Positions 9,980 to 19,474 of a stretch of DNA of 64,000 nt are shown one piece after another. The DNA lies in the NCBI GenBank assembly GCA_037308085.1, contig CP147779.1, positions 864,001-928,000 of the forward strand, read 5' to 3'. Within the stretch, counting starts at the first letter, position 1. Each line of letters begins with the position of its first letter. Position numbers and translations under genes: made by a program. The notes beneath the pieces are model-generated. The model did no database searches. It was not told where the DNA came from and was given only the letters and a program-made list of their open reading frames with translations. The stretch comes from Promethearchaeati archaeon SRVP18_Atabeyarchaeia-1. GTDB taxonomy: Archaea; Asgardarchaeota; Atabeyarchaeia; Atabeyarchaeales; Atabeyarchaeaceae.

Positions 9980-11182
9980 TTGCCAAAAGAAGAAATCGAC
10001 AAATTGGGTGAAGCCTTGCTCAAGGCACTGCACGAAGCAAACGAACTGACTCTTGAGGACGCCGAGATTAACGCCGAGGAACTCATAATCGACCTGATTC
10101 CTTTTGTTCAGGCAGCTGTCGGGGTACCCACGCAGCTCCCCCCCTCATTGGGGGTAAGTGTCCCACCGGTTCTCAAATATATTGAATCATCTTTCCAAGC
10201 GCCCAAACTCGAATTGACTGGTAAGATCAATGAAGTACGGTACGGTGGCTCGAAAACCAGGAAGAAGGTAGTGATCGGGGGAGAAACGACACTACCATTT
10301 TACAGGTTCATGGCTGCTGCTCCTCACAGACCAGCGGTCACATTCGACATATTCGATATGCCACAGCATCTGCCTAAACCGATCAAGGTGAACTTTGAGG
10401 AGGTTATGGAGGACGCCGGCGAATGGGCAAAGCGTGCGGTTCAGCGATTCGGAGCGGACGCCGTAACCATCCATCTGGTAAGCACAGATCCCTACATCAA
10501 GGATACCTCTGTGGAACAATCCGCTAAGACTGTTGAGAGGGTGCTCCAAGCAGTAGACGTTCCAGTACTGGTAGGTGGGTCAGGCAACAAGGAAAAGGAT
10601 CCCGCTGTGCTTGAGAAGGCAGCTGAAGTAGCCCATGGCGAAAGGGTTTCACTAAACTCCGCGGCCCTAGACTTAGACTACAAGAGGATTGCGCGCGCTG
10701 CGAAAAAGTATGACCAGATTGTACTTTCCTGGACCCAACTCGACATGAATAACCAGAAGAAACTAAACACGCTGCTACTGGATGAAGGTCTGCCGCAGAA
10801 TCAAATCGTAATGGATCCAACCTGCGCCGCTCTGGGCTATGGACTCGAATACTCATTCAGCATCTATGAACGTTTAAGGATTGCAGCCCTGAAGGGCGAC
10901 ACCGTACTCGCAAACCCCATGAGCGCCGGAGCAACCAACGCTTGGGGAGCCAGAGAAGCTTGGATGAGTGAGAAGAAAGTTCCGGCGTGGGGTCCAAGTG
11001 AGTTGAGGGGAACGCTTTGGGAAGCGCTGACCAGTTTGACATTATGCCTAGCTGGGGGCAACATTTTCATGATGTTGCATCCCAACAGCGTTAGAATGTT
11101 CAAGACGATGATAGACTACTTGACGGCCGAGCCAAAGGCTCTAGCCTCGTCGGTTGAGAACTGGATTGCAATGAAGTCCTAG
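9980..11182 (+). CDS. cdhD: Corrinoid Fe-S protein small subunit (CODH/ACS delta)
   Basis: GGSGNKEKD, DPTCAALGYGLEYS, NAWGAREAW, MMLHP. Confidence 0.95.
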   Translation: MPKEEIDKLGEALLKALHEANELTLEDAEINAEELIIDLIPFVQAAVGVPTQLPPSLGVSVPPVLKYIESSFQAPKLELTGKINEVRYGGSKTRKKVVIGGETTLPFYRFMAAAPHRPAVTFDIFDMPQHLPKPIKVNFEEVMEDAGEWAKRAVQRFGADAVTIHLVSTDPYIKDTSVEQSAKTVERVLQAVDVPVLVGGSGNKEKDPAVLEKAAEVAHGERVSLNSAALDLDYKRIARAAKKYDQIVLSWTQLDMNNQKKLNTLLLDEGLPQNQIVMDPTCAALGYGLEYSFSIYERLRIAALKGDTVLANPMSAGATNAWGAREAWMSEKKVPAWGPSELRGTLWEALTSLTLCLAGGNIFMMLHPNSVRMFKTMIDYLTAEPKALASSVENWIAMKS

Positions 11183-11206
11183 AATGTTAGGAGGGTTCAA
11201 TTAGAA

Positions 11207-12997
11207 ATGTCAAAAAGACCAAGTCCTTTGGAACTCTACAAGTATCTTCCGCAGACCAACTGCCGTAAGTGTGGCGAAGATAGTTGTATGGCCTTTGCCA
11301 TGAAACTCATTGATCGTTCAGCTGAGATAAACCAATGTACACCACTCTATGCTCCAGAATTCAAGACAAAGCTGGAGACGCTCGAGAAGCTAACTACACC
11401 TCCCGTTCGCGTGGTGAGAATAGGTGAGGGACCCCGCGCCGTCAAGATAGGCGGAAAGGAAGTCGTCCACAGACACGAACTAACGTACATCAATCCCACC
11501 GCTATAGCCATCGATGTCCACGACGAGATGCCCGAGGAATTGATGATTCAGAGAGTCAAGACGTCAACTCAGTTCAGTATTGTAAGGATCGGGAAGGAGT
11601 TGAAACTGGACCTCATCGCGGTAAGGAGCGTCTCAGGTGATCCGAAGAAATTCGCGAAGGCAGTTGAAGTCGTCGGGAAGAACACTACCATGCCGATGAT
11701 ACTCTGCTCGCTGGATCCCACGGTTCTGCGAGCGGGTCTCGAAGTAGCCAAGGGTAAACGGCCACTCATCTATGCTGCCACAAAGGACAATTGGAAAGAC
11801 GTCGTGTCTTTGGCCGTTGAATTCGGTTCTCCGGTCACGGCCTTTGCCCCGGGGGATCTGAGCGTTGCCAAGTCCTTGGCCGTAACTCTTAGCAGAGGTG
11901 GCGCGCCCGGCGTCGTAATAGACCCTGGAACGGTATATGGTGAGGGATCACTAGCTCAGTCACTTGACAGGTTTGTCATGTTAAGAAGGGCAGCAATTGA
12001 AATGGGTGACGGAGATGTCGGCTGGCCGCTGATGGGGGTGCCTGCCGTCGTATGGGCCAGAAAGAACGGAACGCTTACGAACGAAGAAGCCATTGAATTG
12101 GCATCGAGGGAGTCTATACTAGCGGCTGCGCTCGTGCTGAGGTATGCTGACGTAATAGTATGCCACACTCCAGACATGTGGGCCATGCTTCCAGTTGTAG
12201 CTCTCAGACAGAATGTGTACGCCGATCCGAGGATACACCCTGCCGTCGAATCTGGTCTAAAGACCGTTGGTGCGCCAAACGAGTTATCTCCAGTGTTCCT
12301 GACAACCAACTTTGCTTTGACCTACTTCACGGTCAGATCCGACATTGAGCAGGCAAAGATGGATGCTTGGATGTTGGTTCTGGATACTGGAGGAATTGGA
12401 GTCGAGAGCTCATCGGCAGGTGGACAACTCAACGCTGGCGCTGTCGGAGAACTAGTGAAATCATCGGGCATAGAGTCAAAGGTTGGTCATAGAGCACTAA
12501 TAATACCTGGAATGGCAGCACGGTTCCAAGGTGAGATGGAAGACACTACCAAATGGGACATATTTGTTGGACCTAGAGATTCATCAGCCATACCGGATTT
12601 CGTCAGGGAGAAATACATTATCAAGCCTGGTCTCAGATTCACAGGGGAGCCAAAGGGAGATTCGCCTGTACTGCTCACCACGAACGCGATAAAGTCGTAC
12701 TACAGTTTGAAGGTTCCACTGGAAGGAAAGGTGGATGCGTGGATCCTAACCCTAGATACAGGTGGCAAGGATCTGGAACAGGCAATGAGTGAGAAGCTCA
12801 TTACGGCACAAGCAGTGGCATCGCTGATGAAAGAAGCTGAAATAGAAAAACAAGTCAAACAGAAGAGGCTCGTAGTGCCAGCCCAGGCTGAGAGCCTGAA
12901 GAACGACATCAAGAAAGTAACAGGTTGGGATGTGATCGTAGCTCCATCCGACCTAAGCAAACTTGCTGCTTCCTTGAAAAAGCCTGCGGGCAAGTGA
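11207..12997 (+). CDS. cdhE: Corrinoid Fe-S protein large subunit (CODH/ACS gamma) with a duplicated C-terminal domain
   Basis: LPQTNCRKCGEDSCMAFA Fe-S motif, TTNFALTYF, VGPRDS; extra repeat from ~12620. Confidence 0.95.
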   Translation: MSKRPSPLELYKYLPQTNCRKCGEDSCMAFAMKLIDRSAEINQCTPLYAPEFKTKLETLEKLTTPPVRVVRIGEGPRAVKIGGKEVVHRHELTYINPTAIAIDVHDEMPEELMIQRVKTSTQFSIVRIGKELKLDLIAVRSVSGDPKKFAKAVEVVGKNTTMPMILCSLDPTVLRAGLEVAKGKRPLIYAATKDNWKDVVSLAVEFGSPVTAFAPGDLSVAKSLAVTLSRGGAPGVVIDPGTVYGEGSLAQSLDRFVMLRRAAIEMGDGDVGWPLMGVPAVVWARKNGTLTNEEAIELASRESILAAALVLRYADVIVCHTPDMWAMLPVVALRQNVYADPRIHPAVESGLKTVGAPNELSPVFLTTNFALTYFTVRSDIEQAKMDAWMLVLDTGGIGVESSSAGGQLNAGAVGELVKSSGIESKVGHRALIIPGMAARFQGEMEDTTKWDIFVGPRDSSAIPDFVREKYIIKPGLRFTGEPKGDSPVLLTTNAIKSYYSLKVPLEGKVDAWILTLDTGGKDLEQAMSEKLITAQAVASLMKEAEIEKQVKQKRLVVPAQAESLKNDIKKVTGWDVIVAPSDLSKLAASLKKPAGK

Positions 12998-13027
12998 CCT
13001 ACCGGCTATCAACCTGACAGCCGATCC

Positions 13028-13042
13028 CCTTTCTTTTTCTTT
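13028..13042 (+). terminator. Putative oligo-T terminator after cdhCDE
   Basis: CTTTCTTTTTCTTT tract after the stop codon. Confidence 0.5.
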
Positions 13043-13703
13043 GCCTCCAACGGACGAGAAGCTGATCCGTGTCCTGCAACGATTTCTATGCGTGTTTTAG
13101 CAAGAAGAGCTTCAAAAAGAGGTAGATGGGACGTAACCTAGCGTACCACATCAATTGCGTGTCCCTAAGAGAGTCCAGATGTTCGTGCGGTTTTCCTGCT
13201 ACCGTTCAATCTCAGAGCGTTCTTTGTCTGATACTTCTTCTGCGTTCGCTCACGGTGATAGGTATTTCAATGGGTTCCTGAACCGCTGCCATTTCCTCTA
13301 ACTCCTTTTCTATTAGAGGGACACAAAGGTTGCAGACACCAGATAGACAAATATCGATTTTATAGCTGTCACAAGGTAGTTTCACGATGGATATCACCCA
13401 CCGGCCACTACTTTACGATCATAAAATAGTGAAACCGCAATATTTAAGTGTTATCACATTTCTCCGAATATGAACTGTTACATCGATAAATGTCGTAGTT
13501 TACCTTTTTTCGGGGTGCAATAGGCTTTTTACCGATTGCGAAGGCTTTTCTATCCCGTTGCAGGTTCCACGACAGGTGACTAGGTTCCTCAAGCCGCACT
13601 TCAAGGCAAGAGCGAAAATTACAATAGAATTGCCAAGTACTATCTTGCCTTGTTGAGTTATCTACGATAGAACGGTTATATTGTATAGTGCACACATAGA
13701 ACT

Positions 13704-15524
13704 ATGCCAATCGTGACTCACCTTCAACTATGGAATAGCGCGAATGGTGAACAAGAAATGCTTGATAGATCATCATCGACGGAGGATTACTGGAAGAGCA
13801 AATTGGAGGAGATTGCCAGGCGTAAGACGCGTTCCACCTCCCTTTATAGCGAGAAGGCTTTGAAAAAGATCAAGGAAAGACAGACTCAATGGGAAGAGAG
13901 CACCCTTAGACAATACGCTTCGAAGAACCCCGAATCGAAGCAGAAGTTTGAGAACCTATCTGGAATAGAGGTCAAAAGGGTATACACTCCGTGCGACGTT
14001 CCATATCTGGACTATGAAGAGAGTATAGGTTACCCTGGGAGTCACCCATTCACGAGAGGCGTCTACCCTACCATGTATCGGGGTAGAATCTGGACGATGA
14101 GAATGTTCTCTGGATACGGAAATGCAGAGGACACGAACAAGCGGTGGAAGTACCTTCTTGAGCAAGGGGAGACTGGACTGAGCACAGCATTTCATATGCC
14201 GACGATCTATGGGTACGATTCGGACAGTGTTCGAGCATATGGAGAGGTTGGCAAATGTGGAGTCGCTATTGACTCACTCAAAGACATGGAGACACTTTTC
14301 GACGGGATCCCATTGGATCAGGTTAGCACTTCAATGACGATCAATGCTCCTGCTGCCGTGCTTACGGCAATGTATGTGGCTGTGGGCGAGAAGCAAGGCG
14401 TCCCTCAGGAGAAGTTGAGGGGGACTATCCAGAACGATCTTCTGAAAGAGTACATTGCACAGAAGTCTTGGATATTCCCGCCTGAGGAATCTCTTAGGAT
14501 CATGAGAGATATACTAGTTTATTGTTCAAGACACATGCCCTTATGGAATTATGTCAGCATAAGTGGGTACCATATTAGGGAGGCGGGCGCGACTGCGGTT
14601 CAGGAATTGGCCTTCACACTGGCAGATGGATTTGCATATGTTGACCTTGGAGTTAGGGCTGGACTTAGTGTCGACGATTTTGCTCCGAGACTCTCGTTCT
14701 TCTTCAATTCCCATAACGACTTCTTCGAGGAGATTGCAAAGTTTCGAGCTGCCAGAAGGATATGGGCGACGGTAATGAAAGACAAGTACCACGTCAAAGA
14801 TCCAAGGTCACAGCTACTTAGGGTCCATACCCAGACGGCAGGCTGTTCCCTTACATGGCAACAACCATTGGTAAACATCGTTAGGGCCGCGTACCAGGCT
14901 CTGGCAGCGGTGCTGGGCGGCACACAGTCACTACACACTGACTCCTACGACGAAGCTTGGGCAGTTCCGTCGGAGCAAGCTGCGCTGATAGCACTCAGAA
15001 CACAGCAGGTGTTAGCCGAGGAGACTGGCGTTGTCAATACAATAGATCCGTTGGCAGGTTCATACTACGTCGAGTGGCTGACAAGTGAGATGGAGGAGCA
15101 GGCATACAAGTACTTCGATAAGATAGACTCTATGGGAGGAGTGCTGGAGGCAATAAAGAACGGGTACCTTCAGCGCGAGATAGCTGACAGCTCGTACAAG
15201 TATCAGAGAAAAGTGGATCACGAGGAGATACCAATTGTCGGCGTCAACAAGTATCGCATGAAAGGTGAAGAGCCGATAAATTATCTCAAAGTGGATCCTG
15301 TAGTTCAAGATAAGCAAATCCAAAGAATCAGGAAACTGCGTGAAGATAGAGACAAATCACGTTGGGAGACATCCATGGATGAACTGAGAAGAGCCATGAG
15401 AGATCAGAGTGCAAACCTTATGTACTCGATTCTGGAAGCCGTAAAATCATATGCTACTATCGGCGAGATCATAGGTCTGGGGAGAGAGGTATTCGGAGAA
15501 TGGAAGGAGCCCACACTCTTCTAA
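13704..15524 (+). CDS. B12-dependent acyl-CoA mutase large (substrate-binding) subunit, isobutyryl-CoA mutase-like
   Basis: [60 protein letters not shown]; true start probably near 13758. Confidence 0.9.
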   Translation: MPIVTHLQLWNSANGEQEMLDRSSSTEDYWKSKLEEIARRKTRSTSLYSEKALKKIKERQTQWEESTLRQYASKNPESKQKFENLSGIEVKRVYTPCDVPYLDYEESIGYPGSHPFTRGVYPTMYRGRIWTMRMFSGYGNAEDTNKRWKYLLEQGETGLSTAFHMPTIYGYDSDSVRAYGEVGKCGVAIDSLKDMETLFDGIPLDQVSTSMTINAPAAVLTAMYVAVGEKQGVPQEKLRGTIQNDLLKEYIAQKSWIFPPEESLRIMRDILVYCSRHMPLWNYVSISGYHIREAGATAVQELAFTLADGFAYVDLGVRAGLSVDDFAPRLSFFFNSHNDFFEEIAKFRAARRIWATVMKDKYHVKDPRSQLLRVHTQTAGCSLTWQQPLVNIVRAAYQALAAVLGGTQSLHTDSYDEAWAVPSEQAALIALRTQQVLAEETGVVNTIDPLAGSYYVEWLTSEMEEQAYKYFDKIDSMGGVLEAIKNGYLQREIADSSYKYQRKVDHEEIPIVGVNKYRMKGEEPINYLKVDPVVQDKQIQRIRKLREDRDKSRWETSMDELRRAMRDQSANLMYSILEAVKSYATIGEIIGLGREVFGEWKEPTLF

Positions 15525-15581
15525 GTCGCGTGATGCTCGAGTCGTATTGTGGAGGTTAGTCTGACGGAGGGTTTGTAGCCA

Positions 15582-16007
15582 ATGACGAAATCTCACATTA
15601 GGATCAGAGTTCTCGTAGCAAAGCCGGGGTTGGATGGTCACGACCGGGGTGCCTTGGTCCTGTGCAGGGCTTTCAGAGATGCTGGGGCTGAGGTAATTTA
15701 CACGGGTCTGCTTGCGACCCCTGAACAAGTCGCGCAATCAGCCATCGATGAGGACGTCGACGCGGTGATGTTGTCGCTTCTCAACGGTGCCCACATGGTT
15801 GCGTTTCCAAGGGTTGTGAGTTTATTGAAAGAGCGGGGAGCGGAGGACATTCTCGTTTTTGGAGGCGGAATAATACCTGAAGAAGACAAGCCACCACTAG
15901 AGAAACAAGGCGTAATGGGAAACTGGGGTCCTGGCACTCCCCTCGATTTGATCGTAGGTACCGTCTTCAGAAAGGCGGAGGACCGCAGAAAGAAATCTAG
16001 GAATTGA
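15582..16007 (+). CDS. Acyl-CoA mutase cobalamin-binding small subunit
   Basis: KPGLDGHDRG (DxHxxG), SLLNGAH, FGGGIIP. Confidence 0.95.
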   Translation: MTKSHIRIRVLVAKPGLDGHDRGALVLCRAFRDAGAEVIYTGLLATPEQVAQSAIDEDVDAVMLSLLNGAHMVAFPRVVSLLKERGAEDILVFGGGIIPEEDKPPLEKQGVMGNWGPGTPLDLIVGTVFRKAEDRRKKSRN

Positions 16008-16105
16008 GAGAGCGAGATTCAATTATAACTCACGTCTTACCTATAGCTGTCTTAAATCCTTCTCGACAAGAGGAGATGCCCAATTAGCGAGCTTAGGCAG
16101 GTGCT

Positions 16106-17080
16106 TTGATCATGAGCCCAGATCTCGTGGATCGGTTACTGAACGGAGATCGGAGAGCCCTAGGAAAACTGATGACTCTGGTCGACGACGGGACTCTAGA
16201 AGGCAAGCAAGCAATAGTGAGACTATTCCCGAAGACAGGGCGCGCGCACATAATAGGCATAACTGGATCCCCTGGAGTGGGCAAGAGTTCCCTGATAAAT
16301 GGTTTAGTGAGGAAATTCAGGGAACAGAAGAAGACGGTCGGCATAGTGGCGGTAGATCCGTCAAGTCCATTTAGCGGAGGGGCACTGCTGGGCGACCGAA
16401 TCAGGATGCAGGATCATTTTACAGACGAAGGGGTATTCATACGTAGCTTGGGTTCAAGGGGATCGCTTGGGGGCTTATCCAAGTCGGTCAACAATATAGT
16501 CATGCTGCTCGATGCCTTTGGCAGAGATTTCATAATAGTTGAGACCGTCGGTGCTGGGCAAGTGGAGGTAGACATAGTCAAAGTCGCGCATACGGTCTTG
16601 GTGGTGATGTCCCCAGGGTATGGTGACATTATTCAGATGCTGAAGGCAGGAATAATCGAGATTGGCGACATATTTGTAATCAACAAATCGGATCTCGAAG
16701 GAGCTCACCGAGTTGTTGAAGGATTAATGTCTGTGCTGGAGTACAACCAGGATAAGAAAGGATGGAAACCCCCAATAATAGAGACAGTTGCAATCACCAA
16801 CCAGGGCATAGCTGAGCTAGACGACGCAGTTTTGAGACATATGGAATACCTCCAGCAAAGTGGTCTATTGAAGGAGAGAGAAAGCAGGAGAGTAGAGGAT
16901 GAGATCATAAAGCTGGTTAACGACCAAGTGTATGAGAAGATCGTGGAAGGTGGCTCAGAAGAGGACGACCTGAAGACAATCGTGTCAAAAGTCCTCTCAA
17001 AGCAATTGGATCCCTACTCCGCGGCTGAAAAGCTTGTCACGAAACTTGGGATGCTGCACCGAGAGCGCTCCCACAGATAG
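16106..17080 (+). CDS. meaB: MeaB/ArgK GTPase metallochaperone
   Basis: GSPGVGKS, DPSSPFSGGALLGDRIRM, ETVGAGQ, NKSD. Confidence 0.95.
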   Translation: MIMSPDLVDRLLNGDRRALGKLMTLVDDGTLEGKQAIVRLFPKTGRAHIIGITGSPGVGKSSLINGLVRKFREQKKTVGIVAVDPSSPFSGGALLGDRIRMQDHFTDEGVFIRSLGSRGSLGGLSKSVNNIVMLLDAFGRDFIIVETVGAGQVEVDIVKVAHTVLVVMSPGYGDIIQMLKAGIIEIGDIFVINKSDLEGAHRVVEGLMSVLEYNQDKKGWKPPIIETVAITNQGIAELDDAVLRHMEYLQQSGLLKERESRRVEDEIIKLVNDQVYEKIVEGGSEEDDLKTIVSKVLSKQLDPYSAAEKLVTKLGMLHRERSHR

Positions 17081-17101
17081 ATAGGGAATTCTTCGGGCAG
17101 C

Positions 17102-17833
17102 CTACTCTTGTCGAAGCGCGTCAGAAATAATAGGCTCTTTGACGTCAATTAGTGTGATTCTGTGGGCGGCCGGAAGCGAAACATTATAGACAGGAACACC
17201 TTTCGCCACAGCGAATGGTATTCCCATGTGGGCGTGCGCGCACACAGCGAAGGTGACCCTGCCTACGGCGAGGATCCTTTCACATTTTTGAGAACCAATG
17301 TAGGGATAGAAGGTTCTTCTCTCTCCCTTTAGGACACGGTAGGTCGGCGGATAGTGTGTTAGAAGTATCCTGACATCGGCCACCAGCCTTCCTAGTATTC
17401 CTGACAACCTGCTGATCCTCTGACTGTATACCTCTTCTATGCCTGGAATGTTTTCGGCTTGCCACGGGGTAGGTAAATCCAACGAGCCTTGAGAGCCAAC
17501 GATTCCGACATTCAAGCTGCCCACCTGGAGTAAAGTGCTGGAGTCATCCAGAAACTTGATCCTGTTCCCCGCAACGATCTTCATCTGATCCCGAATTTCG
17601 GAATACTCCTCGTTGCCAAAGCAGCCTATTATGGGACAACAGATGCCATTATCCTCGAATACGGCCAAGACGCCGGCTAGGTTCTCAATGCCGCCCCTAA
17701 GGATCAGATCACCAGCGAGAAGAAAGAGGTCGATGGTGGAGGATTCAACAGATCTCATGGCTATCCTGAAATCGTCAAGGAACTTCGGCGAGTGTATGTC
17801 TCCAGTTGCCGCAATAGTAGCCAAGGTTTTCAT
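17102..17833 (-). CDS. Calcineurin-like metallophosphoesterase
   Basis: GDIH, AGDL, GNEE, THYPP, AHAH. Confidence 0.85.
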   Translation of the reverse strand: MKTLATIAATGDIHSPKFLDDFRIAMRSVESSTIDLFLLAGDLILRGGIENLAGVLAVFEDNGICCPIIGCFGNEEYSEIRDQMKIVAGNRIKFLDDSSTLLQVGSLNVGIVGSQGSLDLPTPWQAENIPGIEEVYSQRISRLSGILGRLVADVRILLTHYPPTYRVLKGERRTFYPYIGSQKCERILAVGRVTFAVCAHAHMGIPFAVAKGVPVYNVSLPAAHRITLIDVKEPIISDALRQE

Positions 17834-18108
17834 TCCTCACGCGGGCAAAGGGCATTGTTGCCCTCGGTTTGAATAGATCAGTTAATAGGGGAAACGCCTT
17901 TCACTTTCTCTGCGAAGAAACCTCATAATCACCTCTTACTGTTGGTGATAGATGGGGCGCATCGCAAGTTGACGCAGAGATTTCTGGCGGCGTTTCGGTA
18001 TGAGATGCCAGATATTGTTCCAGTTTTAGATTCACTAGATGATTCTCACATAGGTATTTGAAGAATGTTAGATGGTGAAATGTTGTCCCGTTCATGCTCA
18101 GAGTCTGA

Positions 18109-18687
18109 GTGGATCTTTGTGAGGTGCCTTCTATGAAAAACGTGGTAGAATTCATGGAGCTGATTTCCTCGTTGAAGGAGCTTCAGCGCACAGGCTGGAA
18201 ACAGCACGAGGTCACCGGGATCATTGATACGACCGCATCACACACCTTAGGCGTAGTCTTTCTTTGTTGGCTGTTCTCCAAGGTGGAACGGGTAGGCGCG
18301 GAGAAGATGCTGAAGATGGCCTTGGTGCATGACCTGGTGGAGAGTGTGACAGGAGATCTGACCCCGCATGAATCCAAGCGGATCGACAGAGACAAACTTG
18401 AAGAAAGTGGCTTGAACACGGTAGAAAAGAGCCTACCCTCTCAGCTTACAAAAGAGACCCGGAGCTTGATCGAGGAGTTCCGCACGGGGCTAAGCAAGGA
18501 GGCTAAGCTGGTTAGAGCCTGCGACAAGCTTGAGACTCTTTTTCAAGCCCATTTCTACAGAAAAGCGAATCGCCTAAGCGAAGCCAGCTTCAGAGAGTTC
18601 TTGAGATACGCGCAAAAGGCGTGTACGGAAGGGTTGGCTAAGAAACTCCTTGTCCATGTGAGAGACGCGGCAGAAGAGCAGATTTAG
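18109..18687 (+). CDS. HD-domain phosphohydrolase (YfbR/HDDC2-like)
   Basis: LKELQRTGW, SH, LVHDL, DKLE; probable start 18133. Confidence 0.85.
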   Translation: MDLCEVPSMKNVVEFMELISSLKELQRTGWKQHEVTGIIDTTASHTLGVVFLCWLFSKVERVGAEKMLKMALVHDLVESVTGDLTPHESKRIDRDKLEESGLNTVEKSLPSQLTKETRSLIEEFRTGLSKEAKLVRACDKLETLFQAHFYRKANRLSEASFREFLRYAQKACTEGLAKKLLVHVRDAAEEQI

Positions 18688-18888
18688 CGCGTGCAATGAG
18701 GCTGACTCCTCAAAGGGGGTCGCAGTCCGCCTAGTGCATCGTTGAAAGAGATAGAACTGGAGAACGGTTTTTGATGTTGACCGCTGGAAAGGAATATGGT
18801 GTCTATCCTCAGCTAACAAAAGAAGATAAAAGTTGTTTGACCCCAAGAGATTGGGTTCTATTCAGTGAATAGGAGCGGCTCCTTATCA

Positions 18889-19266
18889 CTAGAAGGCGTC
18901 GCGGATGCTGGCTGCGGCCCTTGCTACGTCTGCGTAGCCAACTTGTGGGTCGCCTTGTGCTGTAACGTAGGCTATGAGGACCCCCTTTTCTCCTACAGTA
19001 GACATGACTATGTGTCCTTTGCCGGCAACGTTCTTAGCTATCAGCCTTTCTTCAGTTGCCTGCAGAGTCGAGTACCTGACGCTTTGAACAGAGACTGATG
19101 GGGCCTTATTGCGCCAGGAATTGATGAGTTCAGCGCCGTCTACCTTCCAGTTCTGCGTAGCGTAAACCACTCTACCATTGGAATCTATAACCGCAATAGC
19201 TCCTATTGTGTTGTTTACTGAAACCAGGTCCTTAACAACATCATCTATTTGTCCGCCCAATGCCAA
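18889..19266 (-). CDS. Asgard-type profilin
   Basis: AIAVID..G...YATQNW.VDG, QSVRYS....EERLIAKNVAGKGHIV, VLIAYV...GD match the motif layout I recall for Odin/Loki profilins. Confidence 0.85.
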   Translation of the reverse strand: MALGGQIDDVVKDLVSVNNTIGAIAVIDSNGRVVYATQNWKVDGAELINSWRNKAPSVSVQSVRYSTLQATEERLIAKNVAGKGHIVMSTVGEKGVLIAYVTAQGDPQVGYADVARAAASIRDAF

Positions 19267-19474
19267 TTACCCCCAAATTGTGACTATCTGTTACAGGGTT
19301 TTTAATCTTTGGAGCTTCAGGCTGTCTCATTATCATGCCATAACAGTTTCTGTCTCTTCCGATGTGTATCTAGCATTACAGTTGGAACTATTAATATTCC
19401 TTTCTAGAACGTTGCGACTCTCCCAAAGAATATACTAGATCGATGCATCTGTCGCTAGCAAAAGCCTCTGAAGC

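Noticed and set aside
13000-13700. Cobalamin riboswitch or small gene upstream of the mutase
   Set aside because: No recognisable B12-box; the short ORFs have no motifs
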